From assembly GCA_043822345.1 (NCBI GenBank), contig JBDRBW010000009.1, positions 1-58,468 on the forward strand: 58,468 nt of DNA, written 5' to 3'. The position numbers and the translations under genes were made by a program. The DNA is from Patescibacteria group bacterium (GTDB lineage: Bacteria; Patescibacteriota; Minisyncoccia; UBA6257; UBA11618). The notes below the pieces were generated by a model. The model made no database searches. It worked only from the letters and a program-made list of their open reading frames with translations, and was not told where the DNA came from. Of the stretch, positions 8,200-17,559 are shown one piece after another. Each line of letters opens with the position of its first letter. Position 1 is the first letter of the stretch.

Positions 8200-9162
8200 C
8201 TATGACGAAGATAATATTCCCAACTTCGTTAGTTTTTCAATAAACTCTCGCTTCTCACCTTTCCAGCAATCATCCTTCGGGAAGGCCTCATTAATCATCG
8301 CTAACACCTTATCGCGTTGCAACCAACTAGCAGACCAACTAATCAGATTAAACATTTTTTTGAGAAAATCTTGCTCTTGTTTTGACAACTGCATCGCCTG
8401 TAGTTGATAGTCCTCAAACGCCTCCCATGATAATGGCACGGCGTCTTTGATGATGCGCGCCATCGCCTCGGCATAAACCCGAATCTCATACTGGGCATGC
8501 GGATCGAGCCGCAAGCTTAGAAAATGCATTAAATTGTGCAAATCAATCTTCCAGTACCATTGGGTATAGGTAGCCACAGTTAGACTTAAGCGGGCCGTTT
8601 CTCTAGCTAAGTCAAAATCATCACTCAACAAGTGCCGGTAACGGCTTTCTTGAGCGTTGTAACCGGACTGAAGGATGTTTAGAACAAGCTGTTGTTCCGC
8701 TAAGCTTAATTCCTCATCTCCCCCCTGCTTGTTGGATTTTGATTGGCGGCGAAGCGCCGAGCCCTCGGGCAAATAATCGCCATTCTCCAGAACAGAATAC
8801 CGCCCCGATTGCTCATTAACACTAGCCGTCCGATGGCGAATCCATTGGCGGGCAACAAAAATAGGCAGTTTGCAGTGAAACTTGAACTCGACCATCTCAA
8901 AAGGCGAGGTGTGCCGATGGGCGCGCAGATAACGAATTAGTTCCTTGTTTTGCTTGATGGAACGAGGGTCGGTATTGCCCAACGATACCCGCGCCGCTCG
9001 GACAATTGCCTCATCATTGCCGCTATAATCAGCTAGATAAACAAAACCCTTGTCAAGGCATTCGATCGGTCGATAAAGCCATTTTTCGGCGCCCGGATTA
9101 TTCGGACGGAACGTTGTGGAAACTTTTTCATCAAACAATCGCTCTGGTAATTCTTCTACCAC
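8200..9162 (-). CDS. thyX: FAD-dependent thymidylate synthase
   Basis: RHRTASVNEQSGRY matches the ThyX signature RHRxxSxxxxSxR. Confidence 0.93.
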   Translation of the reverse strand: MVEELPERLFDEKVSTTFRPNNPGAEKWLYRPIECLDKGFVYLADYSGNDEAIVRAARVSLGNTDPRSIKQNKELIRYLRAHRHTSPFEMVEFKFHCKLPIFVARQWIRHRTASVNEQSGRYSVLENGDYLPEGSALRRQSKSNKQGGDEELSLAEQQLVLNILQSGYNAQESRYRHLLSDDFDLARETARLSLTVATYTQWYWKIDLHNLMHFLSLRLDPHAQYEIRVYAEAMARIIKDAVPLSWEAFEDYQLQAMQLSKQEQDFLKKMFNLISWSASWLQRDKVLAMINEAFPKDDCWKGEKREFIEKLTKLGILSSS

Positions 9163-9217
9163 TAAAAACCTCCTCTCAAGGAAATCAAAGAACTGATTTC
9201 GGATAGTACCTTATTTT

Positions 9218-9724
9218 TTACTTTTTTGTCAATCGCTTCTTCTCTAATTCTTTTTTACTTTGTTTTTTGAAAGAGGTGATGTCAAAGATAAGTACTTTAA
9301 AAATTCGTTTGCCGATTTGCATCTCGCTTGTTTGGACCACCTCTCCTTCTTTTATCGCCTGTTTGATTTTGTTCGTTGCCTCACCCTCGCCTAATCTATC
9401 AACCGCTTCATTAACATATTCTAGTGGCTTTATTAATAAACGAGAGGTAATAGCCCCCATGCCCAATACCAATAAAATAGTTACCACAATACCCACTGCC
9501 GCAGTTTGGGTGGCGGCCACTTTTCCGGCGGCGCTGATTTGGTCAAGATTGATACCGCTAACAACTCCGGTTTCAAAAGCCGCCTGCGCGCTAGTCGTTG
9601 AATAACTAGTGGCCATAAAAACCAACTCTCGCTCAATGCTCTGCTTGGCGAAAAAAACCAGCATTCCAGTAGCTGATAAAGAAATAACCAGTGTTAATAA
9701 AATAATTTTTTGTTGAGCTTTCAC
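9218..9724 (-). CDS. membrane protein with HAMP-like linker
   Basis: Two TM segments, followed by LLIKPLEYVNEAVDRLGEGE (HAMP-like) and a Lys-rich tail. Confidence 0.5.
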   Translation of the reverse strand: MKAQQKIILLTLVISLSATGMLVFFAKQSIERELVFMATSYSTTSAQAAFETGVVSGINLDQISAAGKVAATQTAAVGIVVTILLVLGMGAITSRLLIKPLEYVNEAVDRLGEGEATNKIKQAIKEGEVVQTSEMQIGKRIFKVLIFDITSFKKQSKKELEKKRLTKK

Positions 9725-9751
9725 TAATTGAATTATAACATAACTAGAACA

Positions 9752-10108
9752 TTAAAATCGGTACATACCTCTGGAGCGGGCATTTTTAGCGCCAAAAAAT
9801 TTTTTAGTAAATCGCTTGGCGCGGTGACGGTCAAATTTTTCACAACTAAAAATATCCACAAATACCCTATCAAAAAACTCATCGGCATGAATAGAAATAG
9901 AAGATGTTTCAATAAATTGCAGAGCCGAATTACCTAACAACTTTCCCGAGCCAAACCGCTCTACCATCGCTTTACCATGGGGCCTCATCTTAATTTCCTC
10001 GCACAGCAATTTACAAAAAAGCCGCAGATTGTCCTTGTTTAATTTTTCTTTAGCGCAGTTATGCAAATCGATATGCAACGACTGTCCCCAAAAATTTTTT
10101 GTTACCAT
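9752..10108 (-). CDS. speH: S-adenosylmethionine decarboxylase-like (small SpeH-type) protein
   Basis: The G..L.IDL..C start, ETSSISIHADEF (compare ESHISIHTWPE around the self-cleavage Ser) and DIFSCE (compare DVFTCG) fit the small SpeH type. Confidence 0.55.
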   Translation of the reverse strand: MVTKNFWGQSLHIDLHNCAKEKLNKDNLRLFCKLLCEEIKMRPHGKAMVERFGSGKLLGNSALQFIETSSISIHADEFFDRVFVDIFSCEKFDRHRAKRFTKKFFGAKNARSRGMYRF

Positions 10109-10175
10109 AAAAATTTAAAAATAATTACCTAATTGTATTTAAAAATTTATAAATGTAAAGGGTGAATAACTAATT

Positions 10176-10201
10176 AAACGGCTCATAGGGGTGAGCCGTT
10201 T
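10176..10201. terminator. AAACGG..CCGTTT hairpin (shared family)
   Basis: aaacggctca-tagggg-tgagccgttt. Confidence 0.55.
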
Positions 10202-10317
10202 AGGATTTGCGGGGAGTAGTGGACGATGTTAGAACCTGTTTTGAGACCGCTACTACCCATTTCTTTATGCCAAACCTATCTTTAAGCTACGCAAAAATCA
10301 ATTAACCTTTTTGATAA

Positions 10318-11385
10318 TTACGCCTTCTTAAACTTCCTCAACGCCTTGTAATACCGATTACTATAACCGATAAAGCAGACCCCCTCTATCAGATTGCGGT
10401 CTTTTTCCTTAAAAACAGATAAACAAGATTTTGCTTTATGTATAAAATCACGAACTATGTTTTGAGAATAAGCAATAGCTCCATTATTAACCAAGATTTC
10501 TGTTATTTTTCGTAGTTCTTTTATGGTTGCTCTCTTTCCTTTCTCAAGGACTTTTATAATTATCTCTCTTTCTTCATTAGAACCCTTGGTTAGAGTGTAA
10601 ATAATAGGCAGGGTTAACTTTCTGTGTTTTATATCACTATAAGAATCATCGGGTATTTTTTCGTCAGTGCCTGCATTATCTTCGGGTGGAACAAAATCAC
10701 CAATGTCATTGATAATCTGCAAAGCCATACCGTAATTTCTGCCAAAATTACCTAGAGCTTTAATTTGTCTTTCTGTTCCATTACCCAGAATACCCCCTAT
10801 CATTGCCAGTTTTTCAAAAAAGGAATTATTAAATCCATCATTTGTTCTGTAATATAGATTGAGCATTTTATCAAAATTAAAATTCATTTTTGGCTTGTAT
10901 AAATTAACATTTATATCCAAAAATTGACCGATGTAAAGAACTTTATTTATTTCATCAAACAAATCTTTAATTTTTACAAAAGTTTTATAATCAACTGCTC
11001 GGCACGCCCTAGTTAAAGCTTGGGAAGCTAAATCTCTAGTAATCATAGCGGCAATAAATTGATTATTCGGCTGGCTTAAAATCTCTTTACCTCCTTTATC
11101 ATCAAAAATCCTGTTAGTGTAATACACAGAAGCTAGTTCTAGTTCTATTGCCACACAAGCGTGCATAATATCTTGCGTCCATTTTTTACCAGCACACGCC
11201 TCAAATGATATCCTTAAAAGATAAGCTCTGGTCTCAAAAGTTCCTATTTTCTTTTTTAGAAGTTCCGAACAAATATCATATAACTCTTCATTTTCCTTCT
11301 TTAGGGGTTTCAAGTAACCAAAAATAGTCGGTTCAATCTTTTTGGAAGTTTCCAGCATTAGTTTTTTATATAGTTCTTTCTGCAT
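10318..11385 (-). CDS. polyprenyl synthase-fold protein with degenerate Asp-rich motifs
   Basis: Trans-IPPS-like layout: AIELELAS...; GQFLD; FGRNYGMALQIINDIGDF; KLTLPIIY. The first DDxxD is replaced by NRIFDDKGG and the second by NDIGD. The gene is AT-rich. Confidence 0.7.
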   Translation of the reverse strand: MQKELYKKLMLETSKKIEPTIFGYLKPLKKENEELYDICSELLKKKIGTFETRAYLLRISFEACAGKKWTQDIMHACVAIELELASVYYTNRIFDDKGGKEILSQPNNQFIAAMITRDLASQALTRACRAVDYKTFVKIKDLFDEINKVLYIGQFLDINVNLYKPKMNFNFDKMLNLYYRTNDGFNNSFFEKLAMIGGILGNGTERQIKALGNFGRNYGMALQIINDIGDFVPPEDNAGTDEKIPDDSYSDIKHRKLTLPIIYTLTKGSNEEREIIIKVLEKGKRATIKELRKITEILVNNGAIAYSQNIVRDFIHKAKSCLSVFKEKDRNLIEGVCFIGYSNRYYKALRKFKKA

Positions 11386-11586
11386 ATCTCAATTTTAATC
11401 TAGCACAAAACAGGGTATTTTACCCCACTACTCACTATGTTCCTTACAGAGTGGCAGATTTGGTTTATTGATTATTACTCCACTCTCGTATCGTGAACAT
11501 TATTAAAATTAGGATTGAGCGTTATTAGGGGTGTATTTATATCTCAGACTTAATCACCCTACAGCAACCCCCATTTCTTATGAGTG

Positions 11587-11614
11587 TTGACAAATCTTGC
11601 CAGTATGGTATAAT
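11587..11614 (+). promoter_or_regulatory. sigma70-like promoter
   Basis: TTGACA (11587-11592), a 16-nt spacer, then TGgTATAAT (-10 at 11609-11614). Confidence 0.6.
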
Positions 11615-11675
11615 GTAGGTGTAAGGTAGCACATTGAATACGGTTCAAACTAACTCTTTTTAGAGGAGAAGTAAG

Positions 11676-11969
11676 ATGCGTCAAGCAACTCAAGTGGAGT
11701 GGAATGAATGGAGGCAGAAGGCACACCGACTGAATACAGCGTGGCTCGTTATGGTGTTCGTGGGGGTAGCTGTAATACCTCAAGCATTTCCATTTCAACA
11801 GGAACTGAACGGCTACCTGCACTTCTGGAATGATAATCCGCTCAGATTGGCACTTAGCGTGATGGGATTCATTCTGGTTGTTGGAGGTTTGGTGGTCAAT
11901 CGCAGGTTTTTCCATTACATTCGGATTAGACCTTGCGATGAACCAGCAAAAGAAAACTTAACCGCGTAA
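11676..11969 (+). CDS. hypothetical membrane protein
   Basis: 97-aa ORF after GAGGAGAAG. Two hydrophobic helices. It has its own promoter and terminator. Confidence 0.55.
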   Translation: MRQATQVEWNEWRQKAHRLNTAWLVMVFVGVAVIPQAFPFQQELNGYLHFWNDNPLRLALSVMGFILVVGGLVVNRRFFHYIRIRPCDEPAKENLTA

Positions 11970-11994
11970 ACCGTGGTTTCCGAGAGCTTGAGAA

Positions 11995-12025
11995 GCTCCA
12001 AATCGAATATGATTTGGAGCTTTTT
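11995..12025 (+). terminator. intrinsic terminator
   Basis: Stem gctccaaatc-gaatat-gatttggagc plus TTTTT. Confidence 0.7.
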
Positions 12026-12163
12026 ATATTACCCCACCCCGCTACTCGCTATATCTAGCCATTGAGTTTTAGCTGTTGTGGATAATTGCTATTGACTTTT
12101 ATTTGTTATTGAATATGATGAAAGCATCACTCGAAAACCGTCACGCTTGTGGGCGGTTTTCTT

Positions 12164-12781
12164 TTATGCTTTCTTTATCTTCTTTCGCCAGTCATTGATA
12201 TTAATAAAATTTATTCTTGTCTTGTTGTTATCCTTCGAGGCTCTAATTTCTTCTTGTCTAATTAAATCTTTTAATCTAGTAGAAAATCTACTGGATTGAT
12301 TTTTTGTTTTATGTGTGCTGGAAACTAATTTAATCACTGCGCCTTTGTCTAATAAATCCTCTATCAAATATCTGAAATCTCCATCGCCACTGAATATTAA
12401 AAGTCGAGTACTTTCGCCAGCACAATTCATTGCATCAACAGTTAATTCAACATCGCAATTTGCCTTATGAACATCTCCTTTTTTAAAAATGACTGTGTTT
12501 GTATAGGAACATTTTTTACAAACAAACTTTCTCTCTTGCTTTTTAGCTTTATGAATAAAAGTGAGTTTACTCCTAATTTCGTAGCCAAGCTTAGATAATT
12601 CAGACAAATAACTTTTATGTTTGTTGCTTTTCTTTTCTCCTTGATAAAAATAGATTTTCTTACAGTTCCATTTTTTGGATTTTAGATGATTGAACATTTT
12701 TTTCCAATCAATATCAAACTTAAGCACGCCCTTAGTAGTGCTTAGAGTATTAGAAGCGTCGATGAAGGCATAAGTTTTCAT
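12164..12781 (-). CDS. NYN (LabA/DUF88-like) domain protein with inserted zinc-ribbon-like segment
   Basis: MKTYAFIDASN ... IFSGDGDF matches the NYN pattern. The Cys cluster CKKC....C lies between the two. The gene is AT-rich. Confidence 0.7.
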   Translation of the reverse strand: MKTYAFIDASNTLSTTKGVLKFDIDWKKMFNHLKSKKWNCKKIYFYQGEKKSNKHKSYLSELSKLGYEIRSKLTFIHKAKKQERKFVCKKCSYTNTVIFKKGDVHKANCDVELTVDAMNCAGESTRLLIFSGDGDFRYLIEDLLDKGAVIKLVSSTHKTKNQSSRFSTRLKDLIRQEEIRASKDNNKTRINFININDWRKKIKKA

Positions 12782-12961
12782 CTGCTAAATTATAACATAA
12801 AAAATCACGAGAAATAAACTTCGGTTCGAACCTCTAGTAAACCCTATAAAATCGGGATTTTTACGATTTTCACTAATCCAACAAAAACTGAGGTTAGAAC
12901 CCCTGAAAAGGTAGTAAATAAAAGACAAATCGCCACTATTTTGGCGAATTGTCCCACACTG

Positions 12962-13047
12962 CGGAAGGGGTGGGATTCGAACCCACGGGGCCCACAAGGG
13001 GCCGCGGCTTTCCAAGCCGCTCCGTTTGACCACTCCGGCACCCTTCC
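12962..13047 (-). tRNA. tRNA-Ser (GGA)
   Basis: Folded by hand: acceptor GGAAGGG/CCCTTCC, anticodon stem GCGGC/GCCGC with loop TTGGAAA, long variable arm GGCCCC..GGGCCC, T arm GTGGG-TTCGAAT-CCCAC, discriminator G. Confidence 0.9.
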
Positions 13048-13172
13048 GCACTAAGAAAAATTTAATTATCGAGGATCCTCGATTACCGATCTTTATTATG
13101 ATAGTAAATCGGGACAAGCCGCTGCAATAGACCGCTATGTGACTCCTCTAAATGACCCTTGTATAATACTAT

Positions 13173-13207
13173 AAAAAAACAGCGAAGTACAATATTGTAC
13201 TTCGCTG
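13173..13207 (-). terminator. intrinsic terminator
   Basis: Perfect hairpin cagcgaagtac-aatatt-gtacttcgctg, followed by a U run on the minus strand. Confidence 0.7.
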
Positions 13208-13208
13208 T

Positions 13209-14153
13209 TTACTCTACTTGTGGGGTAACTAATTTGAACTGATAGAAATCGCTGTTTTTGGTTTTTTGAAAGTTCAGATTTTGGGCGGCGCGGTCTATAC
13301 TTCTTTGAAGCGGCGGTTCAAGAAAAATACTTTTCGCTCCCCGCTCGCGGGCATATTCCAACAATCTTAAAAACAACGAGGCAATTAATTCTTTGCTATG
13401 CAACAACTTGGGATGAATAAGAAAATTGGTGGCAAAAACCTTTTCCTCTTTTCTGCGAAAATGAACGAACACTAGAGCGTCAATTACCGCGCCCTCGCCC
13501 ATATCATTAATAACAATCACCGCACCTTTATTTGCGCCAACAAATTCTTCAAAACGGCTTTCGCTTAATTCGCCTAACTGAAACAATGACAAAAACTCAT
13601 TAATGAACTCTAACTGGGTTTTTTCTTTCTTTTCAGTAACTAATTGCTTTTCTTTGAGCAATGGGGATAAATCAACAACAATTCGTCCATGCTCTATTCG
13701 GGAAGGAAATTTATCGGACGGCGCGACAACCATCAGTGCCGCCTTAATACTCTCTGCAAGTTCCTGGGCTGAATAATGCCCGTATTGGTTTTTGATTATC
13801 TCTCTAAAATCGTCACCACTCAACTCATCGGGGATAACTTCGTAGCTTTCAAAGCCGAACCAGATAGCGGCTAATTCGTCATCTGTGGCTCGATAAGCCA
13901 GGTAACTGCAAGCAAAGTCGCACAAAACATCATTAAACATTCCCCTTTTCTTGAGTAATATTCTTATTACCGCATAGCCGATGTGGTGAAAAGGATTATC
14001 GGCGCCTAAAAAAAGATTGGTATTCCCGCATTGTAAACACTGCTCCCCTTGGACGTTATTTAATAGAATTTCCAATCCCCATAATTCGAACGGCCTATTA
14101 TGGAAGAGCTTCGCTGGTTTTAATCGGCCATTGCATTGAGCACACCACTTCAC
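13209..14153 (-). CDS. zinc-ribbon plus GNAT-like acetyltransferase fusion protein
   Basis: N-terminal CAQCNG...CLQCGN. The C-terminal segment (...LFLRLLEYARERGAKSIFLE...) resembles a GNAT core. Confidence 0.5.
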   Translation of the reverse strand: MKWCAQCNGRLKPAKLFHNRPFELWGLEILLNNVQGEQCLQCGNTNLFLGADNPFHHIGYAVIRILLKKRGMFNDVLCDFACSYLAYRATDDELAAIWFGFESYEVIPDELSGDDFREIIKNQYGHYSAQELAESIKAALMVVAPSDKFPSRIEHGRIVVDLSPLLKEKQLVTEKKEKTQLEFINEFLSLFQLGELSESRFEEFVGANKGAVIVINDMGEGAVIDALVFVHFRRKEEKVFATNFLIHPKLLHSKELIASLFLRLLEYARERGAKSIFLEPPLQRSIDRAAQNLNFQKTKNSDFYQFKLVTPQVE

Positions 14154-14226
14154 GGTTCACCTCCTTTTCAAATACCTATTTATAGGGTAATAGAAAAAAC
14201 TCCGGCAGTCAAGCCGGAGCGGTGTT

Positions 14227-16266
14227 TTACTCATCATTAAAAGTAAAACCTTTTTTATCGAAAATTAATCTCACCGCATCTTCCTCAAGCTTGGTGTCTA
14301 AAAGTACCGGCGCTCGCCACAACTTGTAGATATTAGCCATAACCGCTTCGGCGTAGTCCAATGCTAATTCCGGACCGTCGTATAGGTGTTCCAATAACAG
14401 TTCTCCGGCATTTTCAAAATTGCCGCCGCCAACCGGAATTTGAATCTGTGGTTGACCACGATTTGCTAAAGCGGCGCACAGTTTTTGCTTAACCTCGTCC
14501 ACTTCCCGAGTGGTAATTTCGTAGTAGCCACTGTTCTCGTTGTAGTCATAACCGAACAACTTTGCCTGCCGACAGACAGCGGCGGTCAAATATTCGTCAA
14601 TCGCCGTCAAATCACAATGAACTCCACAAACCTCAAAAATCTTTTTTTCTCCCATAGCAATCGGTAAACTGCCGGTAAATTTTTGAGCATAGGTAAAAAA
14701 CTGCTCCGGCAAACAAAACTGTTTCGGCATCAACTTGCCCTGGCGAAACGCAACTTTAATTCTAGCAAATATCTCTAAAAGGTTTATTGCGCCCCGGCAA
14801 TAACGAATAATGTAATTTTCCTGAAACTTCATTTGCTGGGAAAGTTCAGTTCTCTTCCGCCAATTGCCGCTACCAGCTAACCGCTCAATCCTATTTTGGC
14901 ACTTCTTAACCAGAGCTAAGGCGCCATTCAGTTGCTTATTAATATCTGCCAATTGCTGATCAATGGTTAAATAATAATGCCACCAACGCAACAATCGGTC
15001 AGAGTCATAAGTAACGCGAAATAACTCCGATTTCCTATCACTAACCGCTTGCCAAAAACAAAGAAATTCCTGCCACTTTCTTAGGGTTACTTGCCGATTT
15101 CGATTACAGACCTCAAAAACATTTTTGAAAGCCACAAATTGATCCCAACTATCAAGCACATCCCGCAAATCACATTCCTGATAAATTTTGCCGTGGCGGT
15201 GAGTGTCCCAACGCCATTCAATGTCCAATAGCAATGTTTTGCCTAAGGCGTACGGATTAATCCGTCCCCGGCCGATAGCCAAGGTGCCAGCGTTGTGCTC
15301 GGCATAATCAACAATCTCAGCGGCGGCGCATAACTCCGTCATCGCCCGAGAGTGCCAATAGGCCGCCCAGCCCTCGTTAAGAATCTTGGTCTGGCCCTGT
15401 GGAGAAAAATAATACGCCTCTTCTCTAACAATTAGTAACATTTGCCTCTGCCAATCTTTTAGAGGCGCGTATTGCGCCAAAAAAAGCATGATGTCTTTTT
15501 GGGGTTCGCCCGGAAAAACAATGCCTCGCTCATGAATATCGGCTTCGTCTTCTTTGGTTTTCTCCAACCTCTCTCGTTGGGCCGCTACCTCCTTTGGAGG
15601 ATTGATAAATCCATTCATATAGCGCTTGGCATCAAACTTGCCGTCCCAACCATCCTCTTGTTCCTCGCTCTTATCATCCAATAAACTCGCCCGTTCTTTG
15701 TCGGAACGTTGAATAGTCAATCGGCTAATATCAATCAAATTCTCCAGCGACAAACAAATATCAAGAAATTCCTCCACCTCATTAACGCCATATTCATCCT
15801 GAAAGCGCCTGATTCTCACCGCATGATTGGCCATCATATCAATTGCTTTACGATTGGTGTGGCGAAAATAAACATTATTCACAAAGAAGTGAGCGTGGGC
15901 ATAAACATGAGCCATAACCAACTTATGGTCAACCATAGAGTTGGCGCGTTGCAGGTAGGCATAAACCGGATTGTTGTTAATTACCATTTCATAGATGTTT
16001 TGCAAACCCCACTCATGCGCCTTAGTCATTTCATAATATTCTAACCCAAAAGTGTAATGCGGATAACGAATGGGAAAACCGCCATAAGCCGCTAATTCGT
16101 ATAATTGCCGCCAATCACAAACTTCAAAAATCACCTCGCTTCGCGATCCATTCGGATTGCGAAAAAACGGCTGTAAACCGCAACGCTCGGTCATAAACCA
16201 CTCCACAAAGTATTTCATTTCTTTTAGTTCTTGCGACAAACCATTGGCTTGCAGAGCTTTAGTCAT
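14227..16266 (-). CDS. spoVR: SpoVR/YcgB family protein (enlarged)
   Basis: The N-terminal two thirds match the SpoVR pattern (GFPIRYPHYTFG, HVYAHAHFF). At 679 aa it is larger than typical homologues. Confidence 0.88.
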   Translation of the reverse strand: MTKALQANGLSQELKEMKYFVEWFMTERCGLQPFFRNPNGSRSEVIFEVCDWRQLYELAAYGGFPIRYPHYTFGLEYYEMTKAHEWGLQNIYEMVINNNPVYAYLQRANSMVDHKLVMAHVYAHAHFFVNNVYFRHTNRKAIDMMANHAVRIRRFQDEYGVNEVEEFLDICLSLENLIDISRLTIQRSDKERASLLDDKSEEQEDGWDGKFDAKRYMNGFINPPKEVAAQRERLEKTKEDEADIHERGIVFPGEPQKDIMLFLAQYAPLKDWQRQMLLIVREEAYYFSPQGQTKILNEGWAAYWHSRAMTELCAAAEIVDYAEHNAGTLAIGRGRINPYALGKTLLLDIEWRWDTHRHGKIYQECDLRDVLDSWDQFVAFKNVFEVCNRNRQVTLRKWQEFLCFWQAVSDRKSELFRVTYDSDRLLRWWHYYLTIDQQLADINKQLNGALALVKKCQNRIERLAGSGNWRKRTELSQQMKFQENYIIRYCRGAINLLEIFARIKVAFRQGKLMPKQFCLPEQFFTYAQKFTGSLPIAMGEKKIFEVCGVHCDLTAIDEYLTAAVCRQAKLFGYDYNENSGYYEITTREVDEVKQKLCAALANRGQPQIQIPVGGGNFENAGELLLEHLYDGPELALDYAEAVMANIYKLWRAPVLLDTKLEEDAVRLIFDKKGFTFNDE

Positions 16267-16278
16267 TGCTTCCTCCTT

Positions 16279-17448
16279 CTATTTTCCTTTTCCTAGTAAT
16301 GCCTTAATGCCGTTAAATATATCTTCCCTTCCCTTCAAAAATGCTGTGGCTAGATTCTCAAAACCACCATCGCCATTGTTTCTTTTTAACGCGGCGATGC
16401 TATTGAGAAAATTACCGCTACCATAAGGACTCTTAATTTGCGTGTAGCCAAAAAGGTTAATCCGGGGCAAGAGGTGGCCGCTAACTACCGCCAACGCCGC
16501 TCTATCGTCTTCTCCCCAATTATCGCCATCAGAAAAATGAAAGCCGTAGATGTTCCATTCTTCCGGAGAATAAGTCCCGCCATAAGGCGAACTATAACCG
16601 CTACTGGGATTAATTATGGCGGCAAAAAGTTTGTACGCAGAAGAAATAATCGTTCCGCCGCTCTCTCGGGTGTGATAGAAAGTATTTTGGTCCACTTCTC
16701 GCGCCGCCGCATTGTGGATAATATAACGGCATTCTACTCCCTTGTATTGGCTACAAATCCAGATATCAATCCAATTAGCCATTGTTCTGACAATATTCTT
16801 TAATTCATCGGTCATAGAACCGGAAACGTCCAGCATATAGACAATAGCCGCATTAGCGGCATACTCGTTAATCACTTCCGGACAACGATAACGATAATCG
16901 GGCCTGGTAAGGCGTATTACTTTCGCCAAATCAAATTCTGGATCTTCTAAATCCTCCGGATCAACCACCGACAAACAACGAAGCAGTGCCTGTTTTAAGG
17001 TTCGGCGCCGCGCCAACAAATTTTCCGGACCAACATCACGAATACTCTTATAACGCATTCGTTGGGAGACGATTGTTTGCCGTGACTTATTTTCTAATCG
17101 TGGCAATTCCAATTCCTCGCCCAGTATTTCCGCTAATTCTTCCAAAGTAAAATCCTCTAGGATGTGGTCGCCGGGCTGATCACCAGCTTCGCCATCGCCG
17201 TCACCTTCTTCGTCGGGGCCGCGAGCAATCGGATCACCAATCTCGCCCTCCCCTTGACCAGCACCGCCACTATTATCACCGAAACGAAATCGAGGAATCT
17301 CAATATTGGGTATGGGAATACTAACAATATCTCTCCCCTTTCGGCCGATTAACTCCCCGTGCTTAAAATAACGTCTCAACTCCTCCCGCGCTCGGCCTTT
17401 TAAGATTTTTCTCGCTCTTTCCACATCTCGATCAATTTGACTAGCCAT
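16279..17448 (-). CDS. yhbH: YeaH/YhbH (DUF444) family protein
   Basis: Acidic Gly-rich N-terminal part and a vWA-like MLDVSGSM. Positioned between prkA and spoVR. Confidence 0.85.
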   Translation of the reverse strand: MASQIDRDVERARKILKGRAREELRRYFKHGELIGRKGRDIVSIPIPNIEIPRFRFGDNSGGAGQGEGEIGDPIARGPDEEGDGDGEAGDQPGDHILEDFTLEELAEILGEELELPRLENKSRQTIVSQRMRYKSIRDVGPENLLARRRTLKQALLRCLSVVDPEDLEDPEFDLAKVIRLTRPDYRYRCPEVINEYAANAAIVYMLDVSGSMTDELKNIVRTMANWIDIWICSQYKGVECRYIIHNAAAREVDQNTFYHTRESGGTIISSAYKLFAAIINPSSGYSSPYGGTYSPEEWNIYGFHFSDGDNWGEDDRAALAVVSGHLLPRINLFGYTQIKSPYGSGNFLNSIAALKRNNGDGGFENLATAFLKGREDIFNGIKALLGKGK

Positions 17449-17559
17449 TAACTACTCCTTTCTTTTTCCATTTTCAAGGAACACTAATCTTTCCCTAGAA
17501 TATAACGCTCACAACAAAAAAGCAACCCGAAATGGGCTGCTGTTGCGTGTTAAAATATC

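Noticed and set aside
11559-11915. 118-aa minus-strand ORF.
   Set aside because: It overlaps the plus-strand 97-aa gene, which has a promoter, RBS and terminator. The minus ORF has none of these.
12785-12960. A possible tRNA fragment (cggttcgaacctc) between the NYN gene and tRNA-Ser, considered as an att site.
   Set aside because: Only a T-loop-like 10-mer is present. There is no matching acceptor or flanking similarity to tRNA-Ser, which is too little to support a call.
12785-13117. Minus-strand ORFs of 110 aa and 65 aa overlapping the tRNA-Ser locus.
   Set aside because: They read through a well-folding tRNA gene and AT-rich spacer. The translations look random.
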